From positions 1,088,826 through 1,152,825 of the forward strand of contig CAYOFQ010000001.1 of assembly GCA_964403585.1 (NCBI GenBank): DNA of 64,000 nt. The letters are read 5' to 3'. The position numbers were made by a program, and so were the translations under genes. Each line of letters starts with the position of its first letter. The first letter of the stretch is position 1. Positions 18,262-28,324 of the stretch are shown piece by piece. This DNA comes from an uncultured Gammaproteobacteria bacterium (lineage in GTDB: Bacteria > Patescibacteriota > Microgenomatia > JALYQM01). Under the pieces are notes generated by a model. The model was not told where the DNA came from and ran no database searches. It was given only the letters and a program-made list of their open reading frames with translations.

Positions 18262-20094
18262 TTATCCTTTCATCTGAATCACTGCTTTAATCTTCTCAGC
18301 CAACTCTTCCGGCCAGAACGGCCGGCCATCGTACTTAAGCCACTTTTCTGCCAAAACATCTCCGGTCATTTCCGCTATTAACCCGCCGAACTGAGCAGTA
18401 GAGTTATTTTCAACCAGTATGATCCGGCGATACCGTGTCAGTGCAGATTTAATCGCTTGCGTATGAAACGGCCAGATATACATCACGTGCATGAATGCAA
18501 CCGAAGTGTCCAGTTCTTCCTGTACCATCTTCAGTGCTTCTAAAATCGGTCCTTTAGTTGAACCCCACCCGACTAATAAAATACTCGAAAATTCATTACC
18601 GTAAATCTGCGGTTCCGGTAGCTCTTTCAAGACATGATTGAGTTTCATCATCCGTTTATCCACTTGTTCAATTCGAACGTCCGCGTCTTCACTGGTATAC
18701 CCGTGCTCTTCATGTTCGTCACTATTGGCCAAAAACACACCGTCTTTTACGCCGGGAACAGTCCGCGGACTTACTCCGTCATTTGACGGCAAATATCTGC
18801 CGTAGACACCTTTATCGGAATTAATAGTATTATAGCGATTGATCTGATCGTCTTTGAGAATTAATTTCCCGCGTTCTAAAGGAACAGCATTCGGATCAAA
18901 CACCGGAACAACCGCATGAGATTCGGCTAACCATTTATCGGACAAAACGATTGACGGGATCTGATATTTTTCTGCCATATTCAGCGCAACCTGTATCCCG
19001 CGATAGCTTTCGTCCATATCTCCCGGAGCAATAACCACTCTTAAGAATTCTCCCTGTGCAGCATGCAGTACAAACCGCAAGTCGCCCTGATCAGTCCAAG
19101 TAGGTAATCCGGTCGCCGGACCTGGTCGCTGCACATTCACCAGAGTAATGGGAGTTTCCGTAATCGCAGCTAAACCAATACCTTCTTCCATCAATGCAAA
19201 ACCGCCACCGCTGGTAGCACACATTGCCCGTGCTCCGGCAAATGAAGCGCCGACCGTCATGTTGACTACCGCAATTTCGTCCTCGGCGTGTTTGACAACA
19301 AATCCGTGATCATACTGATTAGCAGCCATAAACGCCAGTAATGTCGAAGAAGGCGTCATGGGATAACCACCATAAAACTCCACTCCACCACGAACCGCAC
19401 CAACCCCAATTGCTTCGTTACCCGAAATAGCCATTCGCTGATCTTCAGGATGGATTCGCTCCATCTTGTAAATAAAGGACTCTACCAAACCACCGTAATG
19501 GTGCAGTACATAATCATGACCTTTTTGAATAGCCTGTTTATTCATTTCACTAACTTCAGCTTCTTTGCGGGAGAACTCTTCTTCAATTAAGGTAAACAGT
19601 GGAGTTATATCAGCACCAAGCAATGCTAAGCTAGCACCAATTGCAACCGTGTTCCGTAATAGGTTTAGATTCGCACATTCAATCGCAATCTGCGTAAATG
19701 GCACGCCCAGCAAAATAACCTGCGAACTTTTTTTCCCTAACAATTCCTCAGGAGAGGTCAGCGTGAACTGCGCGCTATCATAGATAATCGCCGAACCGGG
19801 AGATAATTCATCTTTATGTAATTCAATTGATGCTTTATTCAGAGCAACTAAAATGTTTATCTGGTAATGCTCGGAAGTTACCGGAAGCGAATCTGCAGTC
19901 ACCTGTGAAGTTTGATGTCCTCCCCGAACAAGTGACGGATACTCAGAATATTCAAACGCGTATAACCCGTTGCGCATACAAAAACGGGTGAATAATAATC
20001 CGGAAGAGTTTACCCCAAATCCGGCCTCACCACCCATTTTCCATGTAAATTTGTTTACAATTCGATCCATAGAATAAAAGTAGCATTCACACAA
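18262..20094 (-). CDS. korA: 2-oxoacid:ferredoxin oxidoreductase alpha subunit with fused gamma domain (start may be the internal ATG at 20070)
   Basis: N-terminal gamma-like domain (KMGGEAGFGVNSSG) followed by the pyruvate-flavodoxin/ferredoxin oxidoreductase alpha core. Stop is 1 nt before the korB start. Confidence 0.9.
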   Translation of the reverse strand: MCECYFYSMDRIVNKFTWKMGGEAGFGVNSSGLLFTRFCMRNGLYAFEYSEYPSLVRGGHQTSQVTADSLPVTSEHYQINILVALNKASIELHKDELSPGSAIIYDSAQFTLTSPEELLGKKSSQVILLGVPFTQIAIECANLNLLRNTVAIGASLALLGADITPLFTLIEEEFSRKEAEVSEMNKQAIQKGHDYVLHHYGGLVESFIYKMERIHPEDQRMAISGNEAIGVGAVRGGVEFYGGYPMTPSSTLLAFMAANQYDHGFVVKHAEDEIAVVNMTVGASFAGARAMCATSGGGFALMEEGIGLAAITETPITLVNVQRPGPATGLPTWTDQGDLRFVLHAAQGEFLRVVIAPGDMDESYRGIQVALNMAEKYQIPSIVLSDKWLAESHAVVPVFDPNAVPLERGKLILKDDQINRYNTINSDKGVYGRYLPSNDGVSPRTVPGVKDGVFLANSDEHEEHGYTSEDADVRIEQVDKRMMKLNHVLKELPEPQIYGNEFSSILLVGWGSTKGPILEALKMVQEELDTSVAFMHVMYIWPFHTQAIKSALTRYRRIILVENNSTAQFGGLIAEMTGDVLAEKWLKYDGRPFWPEELAEKIKAVIQMKG

Positions 20095-20126
20095 TGATTT
20101 GGAAAGAGGTACTTACACTAATCTTA

Positions 20127-21191
20127 TTATCGATCGCGTTTCTCCAGGAAAAGTGCAAATCCCCGCAGGAAACGTTTCATATCCTCAGGAATATCCAAAC
20201 CATCGATCTGCCCCAAACAGGCATCACGATACTCGCGCATCAACTCTTTAGAGCGTTTCAAACCGCCCGACCGTTCACAAATAGCCCGAACAGTTTCAGC
20301 CTCTTCATGCGTAAGATCTTTCTTGCCAACTAATTGCTTCAGTACAACCTTATCCGATTCATTCGCCAGTTCGAATGTAAACCACATCGGCAGCGTTTTT
20401 TTAGCCTGTACAATATCACCAAAATTGGATTTACCGGTATTCTCAGGATCGCCAAACAAACCAATAATATCGTCACCGGTTTGGAATAACACACCTAAGT
20501 CGTCTGCCAGATGATCAATACCTTCAGGAAACTCGACTCCTGCTACAGCAAATCCGAAGTGCATCGGAAATTTAGTGGTATATTTTCCCGTTACCCAAAT
20601 AATCGACTGCTCAATTCGTTCATAACTCAGTTCTTTTGAATCAAGCGGCGTATAATCCATCACCAGCTGGTCATACCAGCCCCAGGCGGCTTCTTCAGCA
20701 GCCGTCGCGACTAATTCACAGAGTTTCACTTTGGTATCCGCATCCAGTTGCGAACGTAAAATAATTTTATTGGTAGCCGCCTCCATCATGTCTCCGGCAA
20801 CAATTGCCAAACCATTCCCGAAATGAGTTAGCTCTCCGGCATCGCTCGTATATTTTTGGATTATCTCCTCCAGTTTTTTATGTACCGTTGGCGCTCCGTA
20901 ACGTTTATCATCACGGTCCATAATGTCATCATGGGTAAGCAGATATTTATGGAAGGTTTCCAGTGCCAAATGCGGGTACATATCTTCCGCACCATAAAAT
21001 TTTGCGATCAAATATGACAATGCCGGGCGGAATCTCTTCCCGCCTTCGAGAACAAACCGCACAATCTCTTCACGCATCGGATCACCTTCCGGTAGCGTTG
21101 GCGCAAGGTCGCTACGACACTCCTTAACCTTGTCAACAATTCCGTAGGCAGTTGACTTATACGTCTCTACAAAATATTTTTCGTCATCCAT
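20127..21191 (-). CDS. polyprenyl diphosphate synthase (trans-isoprenyl diphosphate synthase family)
   Basis: First Asp-rich motif LTHDDIMDRDDKR and second Asp-rich motif FQTGDDIIG. Confidence 0.85.
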   Translation of the reverse strand: MDDEKYFVETYKSTAYGIVDKVKECRSDLAPTLPEGDPMREEIVRFVLEGGKRFRPALSYLIAKFYGAEDMYPHLALETFHKYLLTHDDIMDRDDKRYGAPTVHKKLEEIIQKYTSDAGELTHFGNGLAIVAGDMMEAATNKIILRSQLDADTKVKLCELVATAAEEAAWGWYDQLVMDYTPLDSKELSYERIEQSIIWVTGKYTTKFPMHFGFAVAGVEFPEGIDHLADDLGVLFQTGDDIIGLFGDPENTGKSNFGDIVQAKKTLPMWFTFELANESDKVVLKQLVGKKDLTHEEAETVRAICERSGGLKRSKELMREYRDACLGQIDGLDIPEDMKRFLRGFALFLEKRDR

Positions 21192-21223
21192 AAAAATCTC
21201 CTGTAATCAGTATAGTAAATTAT

Positions 21224-21616
21224 TTATCTCAGTATAAGATTTACTCTCCGTATGTTTTCTCCTTCCTCACCGAGTGGATATACCGATGCATAATGCCGCT
21301 GGAATTCCGGAGTATCTTCATGTCCTACGGCTGTATGGCCAATTAGCAAGCGTTTAACATCCTCAGGCGCAATATACGAAGGAACTGCTAAGCCACGAAC
21401 CTCATGTGCACTAATTGCAACAAGTCTTCCGAGTAAACGACGGGTTACATCATGCGAAAAATCCTGATACATTTCTGCTGCATAAAATATAAACGTAGAT
21501 AAATTCACGATACGGCGATGACGATCATCAATCCCCCAACGGAATCGCATATATTCATTGTCACCCTGTTCTAAAACAAATGGCGCAGTAAGTATTTGGA
21601 TATATGTCTCGTGCAT
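21224..21616 (-). CDS. hypothetical protein (His-rich; possibly a DinB/YfiT-like four-helix metal-binding fold)
   Basis: 130 aa with several conserved-looking His residues (SHDV, SAHEV, GHTAVGHED). No firm family assignment. Confidence 0.45.
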   Translation of the reverse strand: MHETYIQILTAPFVLEQGDNEYMRFRWGIDDRHRRIVNLSTFIFYAAEMYQDFSHDVTRRLLGRLVAISAHEVRGLAVPSYIAPEDVKRLLIGHTAVGHEDTPEFQRHYASVYPLGEEGENIRRVNLILR

Positions 21617-21806
21617 AAAATAAATATAAACTCACATTAAATATAACAAAGTATATCTCACTCGCACTTTGAATTAAAGAAGCTCACTTCCCTCTTGCAT
21701 TACCCAAAATTCCTCAGTATAGTACTCTCATATTGAGCTTATCTGTGCTCAATGAAAAAGCAAATTATTAATTCTTCGCAGACGTTGGAAGGTGGTGAAC
21801 CTATTC

Positions 21807-22001
21807 ATGCAATTCTATAACGTTAAAACTCGCTCCAAGGTTGACGTCCCAGACGATCAAATCAAAAAGACCAAGTATGTTCGCAAAACCGCTAAAGGCG
21901 ATCAAGTTCGCTACGCAGTTCGCGCTAATGTAAATGGAACAAACTTAACAAAGTTTGTCGGTAAAGATGTTTACGATAAATTAAATGTTCCAGAAGAATA
22001 G
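21807..22001 (+). CDS. small basic hypothetical protein (64 aa from the ATG at 21807; the track's GTG at 21792 is probably not the start)
   Basis: SD GGAAGGTGG ends ~10 nt upstream of ATG 21807. A perfect intrinsic terminator lies 26 nt downstream. Sequence MQFYNVKTRSKVDVPDDQIKKTKYVRKTAKGDQVRYAVRANVNGTNLTKFVGKDVYDKLNVPEE. Confidence 0.55.
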   Translation: MQFYNVKTRSKVDVPDDQIKKTKYVRKTAKGDQVRYAVRANVNGTNLTKFVGKDVYDKLNVPEE

Positions 22002-22026
22002 ATTTGAAACTTTTCTTCACATATTA

Positions 22027-22057
22027 AAACCTCTCTTTTTACGGAGAGGTTTTTTGT
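22027..22057 (+). terminator. rho-independent terminator (possibly bidirectional)
   Basis: 8-bp stem AACCTCTC/GAGAGGTT with loop TTTTTACG, followed by TTTTT. An A-run on the 5' side allows function on the minus strand, downstream of trxB. Confidence 0.75.
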
Positions 22058-22195
22058 ATGTCTAGATAGCGTTTTGAATAGAAATGTTTCTCTTTTCCGT
22101 GCGACTAAGGAGTGCATGCATTGCTCGACGCAGAGCGAAGCGGGTCAAAGACCCCGTCCACGGAGAAGCGTAGGAAAAGAAAACATTTTGAAAAG

Positions 22196-23140
22196 CTACC
22201 AGTTCCGTTCTGTCTTCATCTCCCCCAACCATCGCTCCACATCAATCGCAGCCTTACACCCCGATCCTGCGGCAGTCACCGCCTGTCGATACATATGATC
22301 TGTTACATCTCCGGCTAAAAATACACCTTCTATTTTCGTCCAGGTATCGCGTTCTCCTACTAAATAACCGACCTGATCAAACTCCAGTCCGGTATCTTTA
22401 AAAATTTCAGTGTTAGGTTTATGGCCAATCGCCAGGAATAAACCATCAATCGGGATATCTTTCACCTCACCGGTAGTGACATTCTTAACCTTTAACCCTT
22501 CAACTTTATCTGTACCCAATACATCCTCAATAACCGTATCAAACATAAAACTGATCTTCGGATCATTCTTAGCCCGCTCCTGCATAATCTTGCTGGCCCG
22601 CAGTGAATCCCGGCGATGAATTATTGTCACCGATTGGGCGAAGCGGGTCAAAAAGGTGGCTTCTTCCATCGCCGTATCTCCGCCACCGACAACAGCAATA
22701 TTTTTGTTTTTAAAGAAAAATCCGTCACATGTTGCACAAGCCGAAACACCGTGTCCTTGCAATCGTGCTTCGTTTTCCAGTCCTAACCACATGGCACTGG
22801 CTCCGGTCGCTATAACTACTGCCCGGGATTCATAGAGTGTTTCATCTACCCACACTTTCAGTGTTTCAGAGTCTTTCCGGGAAAAATCTACTTTCGTCAC
22901 ATCCTCATTGATTATTTCCGCACCAAACCGTTTGGCTTGATCAATCATGCGTTGCATCAACTCCGGTCCTTGAATACCTTCGGGAAACCCCGGATAATTA
23001 TCCACTTCCGTAGTAATCATGAGTTGTCCCCCGGGTGCTCCCCCGGCAAATACAACCGGTGACAATTCAGCACGCGATAGATACAATGCAGCAGTTAACC
23101 CTGCCGGCCCGGAACCGATAACAATAACATTGTGAATCAT
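22196..23140 (-). CDS. trxB: thioredoxin-disulfide reductase
   Basis: FAD motif GSGPAGLTAA, redox-active CATC, and NADPH motif VVGGGDTAMEEA. Confidence 0.9.
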   Translation of the reverse strand: MIHNVIVIGSGPAGLTAALYLSRAELSPVVFAGGAPGGQLMITTEVDNYPGFPEGIQGPELMQRMIDQAKRFGAEIINEDVTKVDFSRKDSETLKVWVDETLYESRAVVIATGASAMWLGLENEARLQGHGVSACATCDGFFFKNKNIAVVGGGDTAMEEATFLTRFAQSVTIIHRRDSLRASKIMQERAKNDPKISFMFDTVIEDVLGTDKVEGLKVKNVTTGEVKDIPIDGLFLAIGHKPNTEIFKDTGLEFDQVGYLVGERDTWTKIEGVFLAGDVTDHMYRQAVTAAGSGCKAAIDVERWLGEMKTERNW

Positions 23141-23259
23141 AAAACCTCCGAAAAACTTCGTACTATAGTAGTATATACCAATTGTAAAGACTCATATGAG
23201 CGTATCCTCAAATACTATCCTTGACTCTTAAAAAAAGATAATGTTACGATATATTTCAG

Positions 23260-23970
23260 ATGAGAAATCGAAGCGACGACCATTCATATAAAACCTTATT
23301 AATAACCCTTACCATAATTGGTATTTTCCTGATCTGCATTATTTTGACACAAGCTCCCCGATTATCCGGAGTACAGCAACAGGACAATGCCTTCGCCGGC
23401 GCGATTGAACCATCAGACGAAGAGATTGACCCTACTGAAGATCCGTTTGCAACGGAAGCACCGGATGAACCGCTTGAAGACGACGAAGAAACACCAATCG
23501 GCACAGCCAAGACAGCGTCACCTTTTCCAACACAAACCGCAGCGGCAACATTCACACCATTTCCTACGGTTACCTTTTCAGCAACGGAATCACCAACTCC
23601 CGCACCAACCTTTGATGTGGATATTCCCGGCGAAGTGACACCAACGGTATCACCAACACCAAAACCGGCAGCCAAAGGTTCCAGTAATATCGGACTGATT
23701 ATCGGTGCAGTAGTTGGAACTATCTTACTAATAATCGGCATCGTCTGGGTTATCTTAAGCAGACAGAAACAAAACAACGACTATACCATGCCGGCACCAC
23801 CGTCAAATCCAACGTATTCGCCATACCAGCCTGATAATTTCAACAATAACCCGCAACCGGGAGGGTTTGGGCAGTCAGATCCGAACTCATTCGGACAGAC
23901 CGATCAGTCGTATACAACACCCTACGATCAATATGTCGGCACCGATCCAAACCAGCCACCCAAACAATAA
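23260..23970 (+). CDS. hypothetical bitopic membrane protein with acidic and Pro/Thr-rich ectodomain and Pro/Gln/Asn-rich tail
   Basis: Two TM helices (LLITLTIIGIFLICIIL; IGLIIGAVVGTILLIIGIVWVIL). Preferred over the overlapping antisense ORF 23256..23777 on composition and topology. Confidence 0.5.
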   Translation: MRNRSDDHSYKTLLITLTIIGIFLICIILTQAPRLSGVQQQDNAFAGAIEPSDEEIDPTEDPFATEAPDEPLEDDEETPIGTAKTASPFPTQTAAATFTPFPTVTFSATESPTPAPTFDVDIPGEVTPTVSPTPKPAAKGSSNIGLIIGAVVGTILLIIGIVWVILSRQKQNNDYTMPAPPSNPTYSPYQPDNFNNNPQPGGFGQSDPNSFGQTDQSYTTPYDQYVGTDPNQPPKQ

Positions 23971-23980
23971 CCTGAAGTAA

Positions 23981-25108
23981 TTAATCCTGAATCAATGCAT
24001 ATTCACGAAGAGTCTGCTTGCCCATTTCATACCAGCTGAACTTCTTAACCTGTGCAAACCCAAGCTTCCGCCGCTCTTCACGAATGCCTGTAGATGAATA
24101 CAACGTATGCATGGCCCGGACCAAAGAATCTTGCTGTGAAGGATCAAAATATATCGCAGCATCACCCGCCACTTCGGGCAAGCTGGTACCATCCGAACAC
24201 ACCACCGGGCAACCGTACGTCATCGCTTCCAGAACAGGAAGCCCAAACCCCTCCGATAACGAGGGAAAAACAAACGCAAATGCCTCCCGGTACAGAACCG
24301 CTAAATGGTAATCATCAACATACCCCAGATAGGTAACATTACTCAGTAAATTTCGATCTGCTGCCCATTTCATCAATCGCGTCCAGAAATAATTTTCTTT
24401 TCCTACCAGAATCAACCGTATATCCGGCACATCTTTTCGAAATTCAGCGAACGACTGCAATAAAAACTCCAGATTTTTATGCGGGTGGGCATTACCAACA
24501 TACATAAAGTATGGCTGACGAACGGATAATTTCTTAAGCACCTTTTGGGATACACCCTCTTCTAAAGCAATCGGCTTTTCCGCAGCTTCGTAGGTTACCA
24601 CAACTTTATCTTCAGAGCATCGAAATTTTTCTAATATGGCTCTTTTTACAAACTGCGAAACAGTAAAAATCTTAACACTTCGCTTCACCGCATACTGAAA
24701 AACAAAACTATATGCCTGATGTTTTAAATAATAGGTTACTGCCGAATGAGTCGAAGCCCGCCGCATCGCAAACATGTAGTGAGTAAGATCATGGATAGTT
24801 ACAACAAATGGCCGGAAATACAGAAACGGAACATTAAAATGCGGAAAATGCACCAGATCAAATCGCTCACGATAGAGCAATCGAGGGAAATACAACTGTT
24901 CAGCTACCGTATACCACTTAAAACTAACCGGAACAATTCTCCAGTTATCACCTGAGAGCACCAGCGAAATTGCTTCAAAATCTTTTTCCAGACAATAGAC
25001 CACATAGAAATTTTTATGGTCACTCAGTCGAAGCTGTATGAGCAGGTTGCGCAGATACCGGCCATTTCCGGACTCGTTGTACATTCGTGCATCGATACCT
25101 ATTTTCAT
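23981..25108 (-). CDS. glycosyltransferase family 4 (GT-B, RfaB-like)
   Basis: N-terminal MKIGIDAR...GNGRY and a C-terminal GT4 EX7E-type region (FPSLSEGFGLPVLEAM). Confidence 0.85.
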   Translation of the reverse strand: MKIGIDARMYNESGNGRYLRNLLIQLRLSDHKNFYVVYCLEKDFEAISLVLSGDNWRIVPVSFKWYTVAEQLYFPRLLYRERFDLVHFPHFNVPFLYFRPFVVTIHDLTHYMFAMRRASTHSAVTYYLKHQAYSFVFQYAVKRSVKIFTVSQFVKRAILEKFRCSEDKVVVTYEAAEKPIALEEGVSQKVLKKLSVRQPYFMYVGNAHPHKNLEFLLQSFAEFRKDVPDIRLILVGKENYFWTRLMKWAADRNLLSNVTYLGYVDDYHLAVLYREAFAFVFPSLSEGFGLPVLEAMTYGCPVVCSDGTSLPEVAGDAAIYFDPSQQDSLVRAMHTLYSSTGIREERRKLGFAQVKKFSWYEMGKQTLREYALIQD

Positions 25109-25110
25109 TG

Positions 25111-25836
25111 CTAACTGATGGTACTACCCACCTTTTCCCCCTGAACTATTTTAAGCATATTACCCTGCTGCATACCATTAAACACTACTATTGGAAGTTT
25201 TCGCTCCTGCGCAAAGGTCAATGCGGTCAGATCCATGACCCGCAGCTTTTCCTGCACAGCAAATGAGTAGTCTAAAGTCTCCAAAAGCTTGGCGTTCGGG
25301 TCAAGCTTAGGATCGGCGGTATACACCCCGTCAACACCATGCTTGGCCATCAGCAACACTTCGGCATGAATCTCAGCCGCACGAAGGGCTGCCGCACTGT
25401 CATGGCTAAAGAACGGATTACCGGTTCCCCCGCCTAAAATAACAACACGACCCTTTTCCAGATGTCGTATAGCTTTGCGACGGATATATGGCTCCGCCAC
25501 ATTTTCCATGCGAATTGAAGTCATCACCCGGGTAGGCACCTGTCGCTTTTCCAGAGCATCCTGAAATGCCAAACAATTAATAATACCGGCCAGCATTCCA
25601 ATGAAATGCGACTGCGCCTGATCATTAAATTCTTTTCCTTGAATATCACCGCGCCAAATATTTCCGCCGCCAATAACAATTGCGACTTGAACACCGGTAG
25701 CTACCAAAGCCGATACTTCCCCTGCATAGTAATCAAGAACACTCTGATCAACACCTGACTTCGCGTCACCGGCAAGTGACTCACCCGAAAACTTAAGGAG
25801 AATGCGTTTATATATAGTATTCATATATCCTTTCAT
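25111..25836 (-). CDS. pyrH: UMP kinase
   Basis: KRILLKFSGESL and IVIGGGNIWRG motifs. Confidence 0.9.
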   Translation of the reverse strand: MKGYMNTIYKRILLKFSGESLAGDAKSGVDQSVLDYYAGEVSALVATGVQVAIVIGGGNIWRGDIQGKEFNDQAQSHFIGMLAGIINCLAFQDALEKRQVPTRVMTSIRMENVAEPYIRRKAIRHLEKGRVVILGGGTGNPFFSHDSAAALRAAEIHAEVLLMAKHGVDGVYTADPKLDPNAKLLETLDYSFAVQEKLRVMDLTALTFAQERKLPIVVFNGMQQGNMLKIVQGEKVGSTIS

Positions 25837-26762
25837 TTAATTTTTGAAATAGCATGTTGCTTTTTAAACTCCACAAACCATAAAACTACTCCGGTTACCC
25901 AACGCGGGTACACCTTCAGATAGTGCTTATGATAAAAAATAGTCATCGCATCATAGAAAGCAGTCGTCGTCTTTCTTTTGATAGCTTTGACATCGACACT
26001 CAGAACCTGGGTAGCCGATGACTTCTTTAACCCGCTTTGATGTTTAAAATGCAGGATTTTGGCACCGGGATAAAACACAACCTTCTTTCCGCTTTCTTTA
26101 ACTTTATAGCAGAAATCCAGGTCCTCACCGTACATAAAGAAGTCCTCATCCCACCAGCCAATCTTCTCTCCCTCTTCCCGGCGCACCATCATAAATGCGC
26201 CAATACAGGCATCTATTTCGTGATCAGTACTCAGGTCTTTACCCAGCATATGATACCCGCCGAAGAATGTCCGTAGCGGGATTCCTATACCCTGTAAAGG
26301 AAAGCGACCTGCCAGTTTTTCCAAACCTGAGTAATAACAGAAAGCCCTCCATGGCGTTGGAAACCCGCGATGACACGCCGGATCTATACCGCCTGATGCC
26401 AGTTCCACATAACAACTGCCGATTCCCACTAAAGGATCACGCTCCATTTTGGAATAAACATACGCAATAGCATCTTCCAGTACTTTGACATCGGAATTAA
26501 GGAACAGGACATATTTTCCGGTAGTAACTGCTATCCCACGATTGTTCCCTGCCGAAAAGCCCAGATTCTCATTATTTTCTACCAACCTAACCCAGGGATA
26601 ATCCTGCTTGAGCATTTCTATCGAACCATCAGTTGAACCGTTATCACTGACAATAGTTTCAATCGAAAGTGTGGAAGACGACGCCTGGGTAACACTATCA
26701 AGAGTTTGCGCAAGAAGTTCTTTGGTATTGTAGTTGAGAATAACAATTGAAATATCGGTCAT
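25833..26762 (-). CDS. glycosyltransferase family 2
   Basis: SIVILNYN...SDNGSTDGS and a DxD-like motif (LNSDV). Confidence 0.85.
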   Translation of the reverse strand: MTDISIVILNYNTKELLAQTLDSVTQASSSTLSIETIVSDNGSTDGSIEMLKQDYPWVRLVENNENLGFSAGNNRGIAVTTGKYVLFLNSDVKVLEDAIAYVYSKMERDPLVGIGSCYVELASGGIDPACHRGFPTPWRAFCYYSGLEKLAGRFPLQGIGIPLRTFFGGYHMLGKDLSTDHEIDACIGAFMMVRREEGEKIGWWDEDFFMYGEDLDFCYKVKESGKKVVFYPGAKILHFKHQSGLKKSSATQVLSVDVKAIKRKTTTAFYDAMTIFYHKHYLKVYPRWVTGVVLWFVEFKKQHAISKIK

Positions 26763-26794
26763 AACCTATGCGCATTATACTAGAAAATCAGGAT

Positions 26795-28291
26795 TTAATG
26801 GCAAGATGCAACTCCGCTATCGGTAAACGAACTATGCGGGGAATTTGAAGCAGTTGTAAAGACATAATCATATCCGTTTGGCTTTAAGGTAAATTTGAGT
26901 ACTCCCCAGAATCCGCTTGATGAACCAACCTGAAAAGCCGCCCGGATTGAAGACGGATTCTCATCATACACCGATCCCTTATTACCCCCTGTTCCAACCA
27001 CAAAATTGGTTATGCCCCGGTTAATATCGATCGTCCGTGTTTTGCTTACGGGATGTGTGCGCTCATAGTACGGTTTGTGCGCAGCAATTGAAATATCGGC
27101 ACCGGCATCATAGAGCGCATTATAATAGTTAGCCAGATCATTCTGATCTCCTCCTGAACCGGTAGTATACCGGGCGCGATGCTGCACAACACCGGTACAA
27201 ACAGTGCGATGCGCCTGTAAATCAGCCTGCAGCCAGGCTAATTGATTGGTTGCATCGGTACCGGTTAAGTCGCTGTTTAACGTTATCCAGTGCCAACTCC
27301 CGATATCGTAGCTGTAGTACCCCTTTCCGGCCGGGCCGCGAACCCGTTGCCCAAAGTAGTTATAATAACTTTCGATACCGTCCGAAATTTCGTGTGTACC
27401 AACTGCCGGATAGGTACGGTCTTTATATTTCCCCCACGTTTTGTCATAACAACCGTTGGTCGTATAAAAACCGCTTGAGGAATACGCATTATCTCCGGCT
27501 GCAAATACATAGCCGCCTGAGTTATACACCGGTGCCACCAAAGCAGCCGTCGCCTCAGCCGGACCACCACAAGTTGCAATATCCCCGGCACCAACAAACT
27601 CAACATTTGCGCCTGAAGACTGGGTGGGTGAAGGTGTAGGAGTTGGAGAAGTACCAACCACCGCTACGATATACATAGACAAAGCAGATATCCCCGGTTT
27701 CGAAGCCGCACCAAAAGTAAATGTTCTTCCCGCAGTTCCGGAAATTTTATACGCATCATACAAACCAATCAAACCAAAATCATTTTTGCGCATCAGATAT
27801 GACGGCAGGTTATTAATATTAATCGGACTCGTCCCGGTTACGGTAGTATACCCGTCGGTTAACCAGGCCGGGATCTGGGTCGAACTTGGCTCAAGCGCGC
27901 GGCGATAATACACATACACGTCTGCCGGAGCATTAAGACGAATTCCCCAGGTCAAGGCACCGTTATCTTTAATGGATACGTTCTCAGTCTGGACAAACGG
28001 ATGGCCTTTCGGCAAGATTCCACTTCCTCCCGGAGCATCAAAGAAAACAAATCGCGAATCACCGGTGTACATATACGCATTAGCCTGAACACACCCTTTA
28101 GACATCGAAACGCCCTGCGGAATATACGTAAAGTCAAAAATCCCGGTATTACATGCTGTTTGAGCATTAATATTATCAGGGTCTTGCAAAACCCGTGACT
28201 CTTGAAAACGGGACAGCAGGCTAATGTAGGTTATCGAAACTAAAGCTATGAGTATAACGAGGCTGAAGAAAACAGTTTTTCGGGAATACAT
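26795..28291 (-). CDS. secreted/membrane-anchored calcineurin-like metallophosphoesterase with an N-terminal domain of unknown function
   Basis: Signal/TM segment, ~200-aa unknown domain, a PT-rich linker (SPTPTPSPTQS), then metallophosphoesterase motifs (GDIATCG, AAGDNAY, WITLNSD, AAHKPYYER). Confidence 0.7.
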   Translation of the reverse strand: MYSRKTVFFSLVILIALVSITYISLLSRFQESRVLQDPDNINAQTACNTGIFDFTYIPQGVSMSKGCVQANAYMYTGDSRFVFFDAPGGSGILPKGHPFVQTENVSIKDNGALTWGIRLNAPADVYVYYRRALEPSSTQIPAWLTDGYTTVTGTSPININNLPSYLMRKNDFGLIGLYDAYKISGTAGRTFTFGAASKPGISALSMYIVAVVGTSPTPTPSPTQSSGANVEFVGAGDIATCGGPAEATAALVAPVYNSGGYVFAAGDNAYSSSGFYTTNGCYDKTWGKYKDRTYPAVGTHEISDGIESYYNYFGQRVRGPAGKGYYSYDIGSWHWITLNSDLTGTDATNQLAWLQADLQAHRTVCTGVVQHRARYTTGSGGDQNDLANYYNALYDAGADISIAAHKPYYERTHPVSKTRTIDINRGITNFVVGTGGNKGSVYDENPSSIRAAFQVGSSSGFWGVLKFTLKPNGYDYVFTTASNSPHSSFTDSGVASCH

Positions 28292-28324
28292 GTACTAGTA
28301 GCGTAAGATATTTTATTAGCATCG

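Noticed and set aside
22074-22318. Two plus-strand ORFs (74 and 68 aa) overlapping the 3' end of trxB
   Set aside because: They are antisense to the conserved thioredoxin reductase C-terminus and begin right after a terminator, with no SD.
23256-23777. 173-aa minus-strand ORF overlapping the 23260..23970 gene
   Set aside because: The plus-strand frame gives a coherent topology of two TM helices and a PT-rich ectodomain. The minus-strand frame is Gly/Ser/Val low complexity, so the plus strand is preferred. Confidence is moderate.
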